In this document: one piece after another, positions 18,752 through 27,694 of the stretch
Layout: each line of letters opens with the position of its first letter
Position numbering within the stretch: position 1 is the stretch's first letter
Assembly (NCBI GenBank): GCA_040774965.1
Contig: JAXGTK010000001.1
Coordinates: 1-44,179 of the forward strand
Source: Propionicimonas sp.
GTDB taxonomy: Bacteria; Actinomycetota; Actinomycetes; Propionibacteriales; Propionibacteriaceae
DNA: 44,179 nucleotides
Direction: 5' to 3'
Made by a program: the position numbers and the translations under genes
Notes under the pieces: model-generated
What the model was told of the DNA's origin: nothing
Databases searched by the model: none
Seen by the model: the letters and a program-made list of their open reading frames with translations, nothing else

Positions 18752-19306
18752 ATGGCACTGATCGATGAACCCCGCCGGATGAACCCGCTGCTGAAGGTGG
18801 CGGTCGCCGTCTCGGACCGGGTCACCGGACGCCGGATGCTCCCGGCCCGGCTGCTCGCGTGGTACCCGAAGGCAGCGCTCGGTTCCGGCGTGCTCGAGTC
18901 GCTGGTCGCGCACCACGAGCCGTCCGAGCGCCTGCTGAAACTGGTCCGGATCACCGCGTCGATCACCGCGAACTGTGCGTTCTGTGTGGACATGAACGGC
19001 TTCGGCTACGACCGGACGGGGATCACGGACGAGGAGTTCCTCGCGATCGGGCCCGGTCGCGAGGCCGAGGTTGCGTCCTTCTCGGCCCGGGACCGGCTCG
19101 CCATCCGCTACGCCCGGCGCATCTCGAGCTCGCCGCTGGTCTTCCCCTCCGACCTGATGGACGCGCTGCGTGACGCCTTCACCGAGCGCGAACTGGTGAT
19201 CCTGGCCACGACGGCCGCCCAGGTGAACTACTGGGCCCGGGTGATCCAGGCCCTCGGCATCCCGCCGGCCGGCTTCACCGAGGCCTGTCCACTGCCCGGC
19301 GCGTGA
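18752..19306 (+). CDS. Carboxymuconolactone decarboxylase / AhpD family protein
   Basis: LVRITASITANCAFCVDMN (CxxC), FSARDRLAIRYA, VNYWAR. Confidence 0.85.
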   Translation: MALIDEPRRMNPLLKVAVAVSDRVTGRRMLPARLLAWYPKAALGSGVLESLVAHHEPSERLLKLVRITASITANCAFCVDMNGFGYDRTGITDEEFLAIGPGREAEVASFSARDRLAIRYARRISSSPLVFPSDLMDALRDAFTERELVILATTAAQVNYWARVIQALGIPPAGFTEACPLPGA

Positions 19307-19320
19307 GCGCAGTGTGCGGT

Positions 19321-19344
19321 GCACCCCTCCGGATCGGGGGGTGC
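19321..19344 (+). terminator. GC-rich hairpin after the AhpD gene
   Basis: GCACCCCTCCG-GAT-CGGGGGGTGC imperfect stem-loop, no U-tract. Confidence 0.4.
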
Positions 19345-19388
19345 CCGCCCAGCGAGATGAACGGTCTCGCCCTTCGCGACCGCGCGCC

Positions 19389-19406
19389 TACACTACGCGG
19401 CGTAGT
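19389..19406 (+). promoter_or_regulatory. -10 element overlapped by a palindromic operator upstream of iorA
   Basis: TACACT at 19389-19394; ACTACGC-G-GCGTAGT palindrome at 19392-19406. Confidence 0.5.
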
Positions 19407-19423
19407 AGACGAAAGGCGCAAGG

Positions 19424-21097
19424 GTGCGTACGCGACTGCTGTCGGGCAACGAGGCTGTTGCCCTGGGAGCCTGGGAGGCCGGGGTCGCTGTCGGCTGCGG
19501 CTATCCGGGCACGCCCTCGACGGAGATCCTCGAGGCGCTGGCGCGCCGGCCCGAGGTCTACACCGAGTGGTCGGTGAACGAGAAGGTCGCCCTCGAGGTG
19601 GGGGTCGGCGCCGCACTGGCCGGCGGCCGGGCGCTGGTCACGATGAAGCACGTCGGGGTGAACGTCGCGGCCGACCCCCTGTTCACGGCGGCCTACACCG
19701 GCGTCCGGGCGGGCCTGGTGATCGTCACCGCCGACGACCCCGACATGCACTCCTCGCAGAACGAGCAGGACAACCGCAACTACGCGATCGCCGCCAAGGT
19801 GCCGATGCTGGAACCGTCCGACTCGCAGGAGGCGCGCGAGTTCACGAAGCTCGCTTTCGAGCTCTCCGAGGCCCATGACACCCCGGTGTTCCTGCGGCTG
19901 ACCACCCGGCTGTCGCACTCGAAGAGCCTGGTCGACTCGTTCCCGGACGGCGTTCCGGTGCGCACGACCGCCCCGCTCGCACCGGGCTTCGTGGCCGACC
20001 CGCGCAAGTACGTGATGATCCCCGGCCACGCGAAGCTGCGTCGCCGCGCGCTGGCGGAGCGCTGGACCGCGCTGGAAGCCGTTGCCGGGACCACCACCGC
20101 GAACCGGGTCGAACAGGCGGACGCCGGCCCCGTCCCGATCGGCGTGGTCACCTCCGGCATCCCGTACACCTACGTGAAGGAGGTCGCCCCGGACATCCCG
20201 GTGCTCAAGCTGGGGCTGGTGCACCCTCTGCCGCGTGACCTGGTCGAGCGGTTCGCGGCGTCGGTGGACCGGGTGTACGTGGTCGAGGAACTCGACCCCG
20301 TGATCGAGACCCGGCTGAAGTCATGGGGGATCGAGTGCACCGGCAAGGACGCGTTCCCCGCGATCGGGGAGTTCACGCCCGCGATCGTGGCTGCGGGGCT
20401 CGGCCTGCCCGGCGGCGCCGCGGGGCTCGTGCCCGCCGTCGACGTGCCGGTCCGCCGTCCGGGGCTGTGCCCGGGTTGCCCGCACGACCACGTGTTCAAC
20501 GAGCTGCGCCGCCACGGCATGATCGTCTCCGGCGACATCGGCTGCTACTCCCTCGGTGTGCTGCCGCCGTACAACGCGATGGACACCCTGCTCGACATGG
20601 GCGCCTCGCTGACCATGGCGCAGGGCATGGACGTGGTCGTGCCGCCCGAGCAGAGGGGACGCATCGCCGCGGTGATCGGCGACTCCACGTTCGCCCACTC
20701 CGGCCTCACGGGCCTGCTCAACGCGGTCTGGAACAAGCGCGACGGGCTCTACATCGTGCTGGACAACGGCACCACCGCCATGACCGGCATGCAGCCCAAC
20801 CCGATGAGCGGGGAGCGGATCGGGCGCGAGGACGCCCCGTCCGTGGACTACGAACTGCTCGCCCGCGCCTTCCACATCCCCGAGGCGAACGTCGGCATGG
20901 TGGACGCCTACGACACCGAGGCGATCTCGGCCGCGATCGACGAGCTGGCGCCGCGGTCCGGCGTCCGGCTGCTCGTGGTGATGGGCCTGTGCCTGATCGA
21001 GGGCCAGAAGCTGAAGAAGCTCGACAAGCTGACCGGCAAGAAGGACCTCCGCCGTGAGCGGATCGCGCTGCACCCGGTGGGCGGCTCCCATGAGTGA
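19424..21097 (+). CDS. iorA: Indolepyruvate:ferredoxin oxidoreductase alpha subunit
   Basis: LLSGNEAVA, GYPGTPSTEI, WSVNEKVALE, MKHVGVNVAADP, SSQNEQD, LCPGCPH, GDIGCY, TPP motif IGDSTF..LDNGTTAMTG. Confidence 0.95.
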   Translation: MRTRLLSGNEAVALGAWEAGVAVGCGYPGTPSTEILEALARRPEVYTEWSVNEKVALEVGVGAALAGGRALVTMKHVGVNVAADPLFTAAYTGVRAGLVIVTADDPDMHSSQNEQDNRNYAIAAKVPMLEPSDSQEAREFTKLAFELSEAHDTPVFLRLTTRLSHSKSLVDSFPDGVPVRTTAPLAPGFVADPRKYVMIPGHAKLRRRALAERWTALEAVAGTTTANRVEQADAGPVPIGVVTSGIPYTYVKEVAPDIPVLKLGLVHPLPRDLVERFAASVDRVYVVEELDPVIETRLKSWGIECTGKDAFPAIGEFTPAIVAAGLGLPGGAAGLVPAVDVPVRRPGLCPGCPHDHVFNELRRHGMIVSGDIGCYSLGVLPPYNAMDTLLDMGASLTMAQGMDVVVPPEQRGRIAAVIGDSTFAHSGLTGLLNAVWNKRDGLYIVLDNGTTAMTGMQPNPMSGERIGREDAPSVDYELLARAFHIPEANVGMVDAYDTEAISAAIDELAPRSGVRLLVVMGLCLIEGQKLKKLDKLTGKKDLRRERIALHPVGGSHE

Positions 21098-21689
21098 GCG
21101 CGTCACCAACGTCCTGATGGTCGGCGTGGGCGGCCAGGGCATCGTGCTCGCCAGCGACATCCTCGCCGAGGCGGCGGCGCTCGCCGGTCACGACGTCAAG
21201 AAGAGCGAGATCCACGGCATGTCCCGGCGCGGCGGTCCGGTCTTCAGCCACGTCCGGTTCGGCGACAGGGTGTACTCCGCGGTGATCCCGGAGGCCTCGG
21301 CGGACGTGATCCTGGCCATGGAACCGATGGAGTTGCTGCGCTGGGCGCCGTGGGCCGCGCAGGGCGCGTCCGCGTGCTACCTGGCCGCGCCGATCCTGCC
21401 GGTCGGGGTGGAGGAGTACCCCGACGGCCTCGAGGCCGAGATCGACCGGCTGTTCGACCGGGTCGTGCGGGTCGAGCTCGCCCGGATCCGGCGCAGCGTG
21501 CCGATGAAGGTGCGCAACACGGCGTTGCTCGGGGCGACGTCGGCGCTCGTGCCGCTGGCGCCCGAGCACTTCGCGGACGCGCTGCGGGCACTCTCGCCGC
21601 GCGGCACCTACGAGACGAACCAGGCGGCTTTCGACACCGGACGCACGCTTGCCGGACAGCAGCTGAAGGAGGCCGTCCATGTGGAGTGA
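21090..21689 (+). CDS. iorB: Indolepyruvate:ferredoxin oxidoreductase beta subunit
   Basis: VGVGGQGIVLASDI, KKSEIHGMSRRGGPVFSHVRFG; overlaps iorA. Confidence 0.93.
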   Translation: MSERVTNVLMVGVGGQGIVLASDILAEAAALAGHDVKKSEIHGMSRRGGPVFSHVRFGDRVYSAVIPEASADVILAMEPMELLRWAPWAAQGASACYLAAPILPVGVEEYPDGLEAEIDRLFDRVVRVELARIRRSVPMKVRNTALLGATSALVPLAPEHFADALRALSPRGTYETNQAAFDTGRTLAGQQLKEAVHVE

Positions 21690-22992
21690 ACGGGTCCAGA
21701 CCATGCCTCGGGAGCAGCTGCGGGAACTCCAGCTGCAACGGCTGCAGGCACTGGTCACGGTCGTGCACGAGCGCGTCGGCTTCTACCGCGACCGGCTGGA
21801 CGCGGCGGGCCTGAGGCCCGGCTCGCTGACCAGCCTGGACGACCTCGCGCGGCTGCCGTTCACGTCCAAGTACGACATGCGGGAGGTGTTCCCGTTCGGC
21901 CTGTTCGCGGTCAACCGCGACGAGATCGTCGAGGTGCACATGTCGTCCGGCACCACGGGCAAGCCGGTGGTCGGCGCCTACACCCGCGACGATGTCGCCC
22001 TCTGGGGAGAGGTGATGGCCCGCACGCTGGACGCCGGAGGGCTGGGCCCCGACGACATCCTGCAGGTCGCCTACGGCTACGGACTGTTCACCGGCGGTCT
22101 CGGCGGCCACTACGGCGGTACGACGCTGGGCGTGATGACCCTGCCGATGTCGTCGGGCAACACGCTGCGCCAGCTGAACACCATGCAGGACTTCGGCACG
22201 ACGGCGCTCGCGTGCACCCCGTCGTATGCGCTGTTCATCGCCGAGTACGCCCGCGAGCACGGCATCGACCTCGGCGGTGGCCCGCTGCGCGCCGGCTTCT
22301 TCGGCGCTGAGCCGTGGAGTGAGGCGATGCGGGCCGATATCGAGGCCAAGCTCGGCATCAAGGCCTACGACATCTACGGCCTCACCGAGCTGATCGGGCC
22401 GGGCGTCGCCGCCGAGTGCAGCGAGCAGGACGGGCTGCACGTGTTCGAGGACCACTTCTACCCGGAGATCATCGACCCGGAGACCGGTGCGGTGCTGCCG
22501 GCGGGGGAGAAGGGCGAGCTGGTGCTGACCACGCTCACCCGGCAGGGCACGCCGGTGCTGCGGTACCGCACGCGCGACATCACCTACCTGATCGACGAGC
22601 CGTGCCCGTGCGGGCGGACGTCGCGGCGCATCCACCGGCTGATGGGACGCAACGACGACATGCTGATCATCCGCGGCGTGAACGTCTTCCCCCAGCAGGT
22701 GGAGGAGGTGCTGCTCCGGGTCGATGGCGTCGAGCCGTACTACCGGATCATCGTCGAGCGCGAGGGGGTCATGGACACCCTCGAGGTCGACGTGGAGATG
22801 ACCGAGTCGCTGTTCTCGGACGAGGTGAAGGTGGTGCTGGCGCTGGAACGCAGGATCGAGCACGAACTCCGGCTGGCGCTCGGCATCCAGGCGGTCGTCC
22901 GGCTGGTCAATCCGAAGACCATCGAGCGCAGCGAGGGCAAGGCCAAGCGGATCGTCGACCGGCGGTCCCTCCCGACGGGCGCGAGGAGCTGA
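21679..22992 (+). CDS. paaK: Phenylacetate--CoA ligase
   Basis: HMSSGTTGKP, YGYGLFTGGLG, ACTPSYAL, FGAEPWSE, DIYGLTE, RYRTRD, GRNDDMLIIRGVNVFP, RSEGKAKR. Confidence 0.95.
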   Translation: MWSERVQTMPREQLRELQLQRLQALVTVVHERVGFYRDRLDAAGLRPGSLTSLDDLARLPFTSKYDMREVFPFGLFAVNRDEIVEVHMSSGTTGKPVVGAYTRDDVALWGEVMARTLDAGGLGPDDILQVAYGYGLFTGGLGGHYGGTTLGVMTLPMSSGNTLRQLNTMQDFGTTALACTPSYALFIAEYAREHGIDLGGGPLRAGFFGAEPWSEAMRADIEAKLGIKAYDIYGLTELIGPGVAAECSEQDGLHVFEDHFYPEIIDPETGAVLPAGEKGELVLTTLTRQGTPVLRYRTRDITYLIDEPCPCGRTSRRIHRLMGRNDDMLIIRGVNVFPQQVEEVLLRVDGVEPYYRIIVEREGVMDTLEVDVEMTESLFSDEVKVVLALERRIEHELRLALGIQAVVRLVNPKTIERSEGKAKRIVDRRSLPTGARS

Positions 22993-22994
22993 GC

Positions 22995-23393
22995 ATGATC
23001 CTGCAACAGGTGTCGGTGTTCCTGGAGAGCCGGCGCGGCCGGCTCGCGCCGGTGGTGAAGCACTTGGGCGAGCGGGGGGTGAACCTGCGCGCGCTGATGC
23101 TGGCCGAGACCGACCGGTTCGGCATCCTGCGGTTCATCGCCGACGATCCGCAGGCGGCGCTGGCTGCCGTCCAGGAGTTGGGGAACACGGCGCGGCTCTC
23201 TGACGTGGTGGGTGTGGAGGTCGCCGACCACCCGGGCGCCCTGGGCGACCTGCTGGCTGTCTTCGACGACACGGACGTGAGCATCGAGTACCTCTACGCC
23301 GAGCTGGCCGGACGCGGGGACAAGGCCCTGCTGGTCCTGCGGCTGGACCCCATGGAGCAGGCGCTCGCGCTGCTGGAGTCCGCCGGATTCTGA
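22995..23393 (+). CDS. ACT-domain protein (paaK-associated type)
   Basis: QVSVFLESRRGRL, VNLRALMLAETDRFGILRFI, DHPGALG, SIEYLYA. Confidence 0.9.
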   Translation: MILQQVSVFLESRRGRLAPVVKHLGERGVNLRALMLAETDRFGILRFIADDPQAALAAVQELGNTARLSDVVGVEVADHPGALGDLLAVFDDTDVSIEYLYAELAGRGDKALLVLRLDPMEQALALLESAGF

Positions 23394-23627
23394 GCGGGCG
23401 AACGGACGCCGGAGCGGGGTTCGCCGGAACCCGGCCCCGGCGGATGCGAGGAGCGCGATCGGTACGGCCGCGAGTCCCTGGTCGTCGGTACTGCCCGTGC
23501 CGGCGGGATCGTGCGGGCCCGGAGGGCGACGACTGGCCGGCCGGCCCGCGCGCTCAGCGGCCGCCGGCGTGCGTCCATCCGGACCGTGCGAGGCCGGGCC
23601 CGGCCGATCCGCACGGACCGAGGAGCC

Positions 23628-25286
23628 TCACCGACCCCACCAGGACTTCTTCGGCACGGCTAGCATCTGCGCGACCGAGGCGGGCAGGCCCAGCTGGGCG
23701 GCGATCGCCGGCCACTGGCTGGCGATGATCTCCCGGGCCACGGCTTCGGGGCGGGCGCCGAGTGCCTTCACCACCCAGTCGTGCGGGACGGCCTTCGTGC
23801 GCACCAGCACCGTGACCAGGTCGGGCAGGTCGGCGTCGGACCAGCGCTCCAGTGCCCACGCGACGGCCGTGGCGGGCAGCGCTTTCGACTCCAGCCGGGC
23901 GTCCAGGAACGCCGCGGCCCTGGCCGGCTGCGTCCGCAGCAACTCCCGGGTTCCCGCCGAGAGCCGGTGGTCACCGCGCAGGGACGCCTCGAACTCGGCC
24001 TCGGCGACCGCGCCCCACCGGCCCGGGGACGCCTCGAAGATGAACCCCCTGCGCAGGTCGTCGATCTCCACCGCCTGGCCGAGCAGCGTCGCGAGGTCGG
24101 TGGCGTGCACGGGGACGCCACCACTGCGGGCCTCCGCCTCCAATGGTGGTACAACGTAGTTCGAGAACGCGTCAGCGCCGACGGCCTGCAGCACCCACGA
24201 CTGCAACGGGCCGCGCCCGCTCTCCGCGCCCGTCTCGCCGAGCGCCCGCACCACGGCGGCCACCAGGTCCGCGTTCGCCGGGCCGTCGGTGCGCAGGCGC
24301 GAGGCCAGCGCGTCCTCCGTGTCCGGGTCGGCGAGCATCCGTCGCAGCACCTCGTCGCAGTGCGGGTGTGCGGCCAGCTTCGCCAGCACCGCGTCGAAGA
24401 AGGGCGTGGCGAGTGCCTTCGCCAGCGTCACCAGGTCGACGGACGCCAGGTCCGCGCGTTCCAGCGCCAGCAGCGCCTTCAGGTCGCCCAGCGATCGGAC
24501 CCGCAGCGCCGGCTGCCCGGTGCTGCCGTTCACCAGCTGGTCCGCCAGCGGCAGGTAGGCCGCGCTCGCCGGCGTCGACGCGGGTCGGTCGGGGTCGAGG
24601 TCCAGGTCGAGCGCGGCGCCGTTCGCGGAGAACGGGCTGACCAGCAGACCGATTCCCGCCGTCCACGTGGACGGCGCCGCCACGAACGTCGAGACCGCCA
24701 CGTCCCGGGCCAGCCCGATCGGCAGGTAGGCCAGCAGGGCCTGGATCGCCTCCACACCCTGGTCCTGGTCGTGCGCCCCGATCAGGTAGGGCCGGTCCTC
24801 GTTGAGGCACTGCAGCAGCCGGGCCAGTTCGGCCACGTCGTCGGGATCCCGCGACACCCGCGGCCGCCGCACGGGCGTGACGGTGAGCGCGGCCAGGGCG
24901 GAGGGGTGTTCGGCGAGTTCCTCCTCGACCAGCACCCCGGAGTCGGCGAGCGCCCACAGGTCCCACGGCGAGAGCCCCTGGCCCGCGCGGATCGCGTGCA
25001 CCTGGTACTGGCCGGGTCGCCGGCTCGCCCTGGAATAGGTCTTCGCGACCAGCAGCGCCCCCGAGGGGCCCGGCCGGAACTCCAGGCACACCGGCGGAAC
25101 ACTCCCCGCCGGGATCGTGGCGTCGTCAAAGAGGTAGCGGGCGGACGCGCCGAGCCCGGCGAAGCTGTCCCGGGGTGGCAGCTCCCAGCCGGGCGAGGCT
25201 GCCACCGGCCCCATGCCGCTGACCCCGAGCAGGTTGGACGGCGACCACGCCAGGATGAGCTGTTCGGCCGCGACGTCAGTCGACAT
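23628..25286 (-). CDS. GAP1-N2-like (GTPase-associated protein 1) protein
   Basis: N-terminus EQLILAW..GVSGMGPVAASPG, then RRPGQYQVHAI, ALLAYLP..LARDVAVSTF, as in GAP1-N2/GAP1-M proteins; overlaps the TRAFAC GTPase gene by 11 nt. Confidence 0.7.
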   Translation of the reverse strand: MSTDVAAEQLILAWSPSNLLGVSGMGPVAASPGWELPPRDSFAGLGASARYLFDDATIPAGSVPPVCLEFRPGPSGALLVAKTYSRASRRPGQYQVHAIRAGQGLSPWDLWALADSGVLVEEELAEHPSALAALTVTPVRRPRVSRDPDDVAELARLLQCLNEDRPYLIGAHDQDQGVEAIQALLAYLPIGLARDVAVSTFVAAPSTWTAGIGLLVSPFSANGAALDLDLDPDRPASTPASAAYLPLADQLVNGSTGQPALRVRSLGDLKALLALERADLASVDLVTLAKALATPFFDAVLAKLAAHPHCDEVLRRMLADPDTEDALASRLRTDGPANADLVAAVVRALGETGAESGRGPLQSWVLQAVGADAFSNYVVPPLEAEARSGGVPVHATDLATLLGQAVEIDDLRRGFIFEASPGRWGAVAEAEFEASLRGDHRLSAGTRELLRTQPARAAAFLDARLESKALPATAVAWALERWSDADLPDLVTVLVRTKAVPHDWVVKALGARPEAVAREIIASQWPAIAAQLGLPASVAQMLAVPKKSWWGR

Positions 25287-26409
25287 CGCGGTCTCCCACG
25301 ATCCGCAGGGCCCACAGGATCGCGAGCAGTGGCTCGGTGACGTTCAGCGGGCGCGCGTTCGGGAAGCGTCCCTCCGCGTCCGGGGCGCACCCCATCGCCG
25401 ACACCGCGTGGACCGACCGCACGTCGCTGAGGTTGAACACGGCCTCGACTATGCCGCGTGCGCCGTAGGTTGTCAGCAGGTCGTACGGAAGGTCGCCCTG
25501 CGCGTCCAGTTTCTGCTGCATGCCGGAGTACAGGCCGCGGTCGAGGGGGAGCGAACCGAAGCTCCTCGCGCCCGATCCGCGGGTGGCGAGCAGGCCGGTC
25601 AGCTCGTCGGCCTTGGCCAGCACGAGCGCCACCGGCAGGTCGCGCGCGGGCCGGCGTCCCTGGTAGCGCGGGTGGGCCCGGAGCACCCGTTCGAGGTTCG
25701 TCACGACCTGGTGCATCTGGCGCGGCCCGGCCGCCTCCATGCCGGTCAGCGGGTAGCCGGACGGCAGGTCGGTGAGCGCCTTCGGGGTGACGAACACGAT
25801 CGCCGCGTCGAGCGCGTGCAGGAACGGGTTGTGCTGGGCCAGCACCTGCGTGCTCTGCTGGTTCTCCCCGGACGCGTCGAAGAACAGCAGGTTGGCCCGC
25901 TGCTCGCCGGCCACCATCCTGACCACCAGCGGACGCGTCGTCGCCTCTCCGATCAGCGGCTGCGTCGCCGCCGGCGCGAAGCCCTGCTCGAGCCGGCGGG
26001 CCATGTGCTGGTTGTAGTAGTCCTGCGACTCGTCGTCGGCCAGCGTGCAGTGGATCCCGAGCCCGGACAGCCGCGCGTGGTCGACCACCTCCGAGACCAG
26101 CCGGCCGAGGTAGGTGGTCTTCGTCGTCTGCGGGGAGCCGATCAGGCCGATCACGATCGTCCGGGTCTCGGCGAAGTCCTCGGGCAACTGGTGGCCCTTC
26201 GGGCAGTACCAGTTCGCGCCCAGCTCCAGCCTCTGCCGCGCGTTGGCCACCCGCCGGTTGTGCAGCCACTGCTGCGCCGCCGCGGGCAGCCGTGGGATCA
26301 GGTCGTCGACCGGGAGCGGGTTGCGCTGCGCGAGCACGGTGCCGGAGCGATCCTTCAGCACGAAGTCGCGGGAGTCGTGGAACTCCGCGCACATGGGGCA
26401 CAGCATCAT
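25276..26409 (-). CDS. TRAFAC-clade GTPase (double-GTPase-2-like) with N-terminal Zn ribbon
   Basis: CPMC...CPKGH; G1 GLIGSPQTTKTTY; G2 ATQP; G3 LFFDASGE; G4 LVLAKAD; G5 VSAMG. ATGA overlap with the upstream small ORF. Confidence 0.85.
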   Translation of the reverse strand: MMLCPMCAEFHDSRDFVLKDRSGTVLAQRNPLPVDDLIPRLPAAAQQWLHNRRVANARQRLELGANWYCPKGHQLPEDFAETRTIVIGLIGSPQTTKTTYLGRLVSEVVDHARLSGLGIHCTLADDESQDYYNQHMARRLEQGFAPAATQPLIGEATTRPLVVRMVAGEQRANLLFFDASGENQQSTQVLAQHNPFLHALDAAIVFVTPKALTDLPSGYPLTGMEAAGPRQMHQVVTNLERVLRAHPRYQGRRPARDLPVALVLAKADELTGLLATRGSGARSFGSLPLDRGLYSGMQQKLDAQGDLPYDLLTTYGARGIVEAVFNLSDVRSVHAVSAMGCAPDAEGRFPNARPLNVTEPLLAILWALRIVGDRDVD

Positions 26410-26564
26410 TGCCAGTGCCTCGTCAGCACGAGCGACCAGAAGAGCAGCATCACGAACATGAACACCAGCAGCGCGGACGCCCGGCCGCGGTAGCGGTTCC
26501 ACCGGGCGATCGTGGCCTGCCGCTCGCGCGCGGTCTGCTGCAGGGCCCGGAACTCGTGGTTCAC
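26406..26564 (-). CDS. 52-aa single-pass membrane protein
   Basis: MNHEFRALQQTARERQATIARWNRYRGRASALLVFMFVMLLFWSLVLTRHWQ. GTGA overlap with the kinase stop and ATGA overlap with the GTPase start. Confidence 0.8.
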   Translation of the reverse strand: MNHEFRALQQTARERQATIARWNRYRGRASALLVFMFVMLLFWSLVLTRHWQ

Positions 26565-27694
26565 AGCGCCACCCCGATCAGCCACTGCAGCACCATCGCG
26601 AGGAAGAGGGACACCACGGCGCCCCCGAGGTACGCGCTGGCCCGTACCAGCGACGGCACGTGCTTGTCGCCGAACGGCCCGTCCGGCCCGGCGTAGCGCA
26701 GCGCGGTTCGCCACCACGGCTCGGCCACGGCGAAGTCGGCCGGGTCGAGGACGACCGTGGCCGGCATCTCCGGGATCAGCGCGGTGGCGTGTTCGGAGAG
26801 CTGCTGGCGCAACTCGGTGGCGCTCGGACGCAGTTCCGGCGCCCAGGCGAGCGCGCTCCGGACGGCCTCGCGCAGGGCCGGGTCCGTGATGCAGCCGAGG
26901 TCGAGCACCTTCTGCGGGCCGTTCCCGGCCTCGCCGAGCGCGGCGACCACGACCGGGTCGAAGCGCCCGTCGCAGTACGGGTGGTAGTCCGCACGGAACA
27001 TCGAGGTGACGGTGAGGCCCCAGCTGAACACGTCCGACGGCGGGCCGACCCTGCGTCCCGGCCGGGGCAGCACCTGCTCGGGGCTGGCGAAGCTGGCGGT
27101 GGTCAGCATGGGCAGCGAGGTGCTGGCGTCGGCGTCCCGGGACGACTCGAAGTCGATCAGCCAGGTGCGGGTGGGGGTGACGATCACGTTGCTCGGCTTG
27201 ATGTCCAGGTGCGCCTCGCCGGACGTGTGCAGTTGCGCGATCTCGGCCAGCAGGTAGTCCGCGTACAGGCGCTTCAGTTCCGGGCCGGTGGACGCGTCGA
27301 GCCGGTTCATCGGCACGCCCTGGATGAACCGGCGGGCCACCCAGCGGTAGGAGGCGTCCTCGCCGGAGGAGTGGAACAGGTCCTCGGCGCGCGCCCAGGT
27401 CTTCTCCTCGGCCAGGCAGTTCTCCGCGACCGGGCCGACGCTGCGCTGGCCGCCGCCGGAGCCCTGGGTGAACCGGGCGACCTTCACGGCCAGCAGGACG
27501 GGGTCGCTGTTGGGCTGGCGTCCCGGCGCCACCCCGAAGAAGGGCAGTGGCTTGGCCGACTCGGTGAGCGTGACGTGACCGGGACGCAACCGGCGCTGGA
27601 TGGAGATGCCGTCGAGCCGGCGAGGGTCGCTCTCGAGCAGCTCATACCCGATCTCCGGGCGGCTGTCGGTCGCGAGGACGCTCTGGTCGGTCAT
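26561..27694 (-). CDS. Membrane-anchored Ser/Thr protein kinase
   Basis: LAVK, HLDIKPSNV, LIDFE, FASPEQ, SDVFSWG, PELRPSA; C-terminal TM helix. Confidence 0.92.
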   Translation of the reverse strand: MTDQSVLATDSRPEIGYELLESDPRRLDGISIQRRLRPGHVTLTESAKPLPFFGVAPGRQPNSDPVLLAVKVARFTQGSGGGQRSVGPVAENCLAEEKTWARAEDLFHSSGEDASYRWVARRFIQGVPMNRLDASTGPELKRLYADYLLAEIAQLHTSGEAHLDIKPSNVIVTPTRTWLIDFESSRDADASTSLPMLTTASFASPEQVLPRPGRRVGPPSDVFSWGLTVTSMFRADYHPYCDGRFDPVVVAALGEAGNGPQKVLDLGCITDPALREAVRSALAWAPELRPSATELRQQLSEHATALIPEMPATVVLDPADFAVAEPWWRTALRYAGPDGPFGDKHVPSLVRASAYLGGAVVSLFLAMVLQWLIGVAL

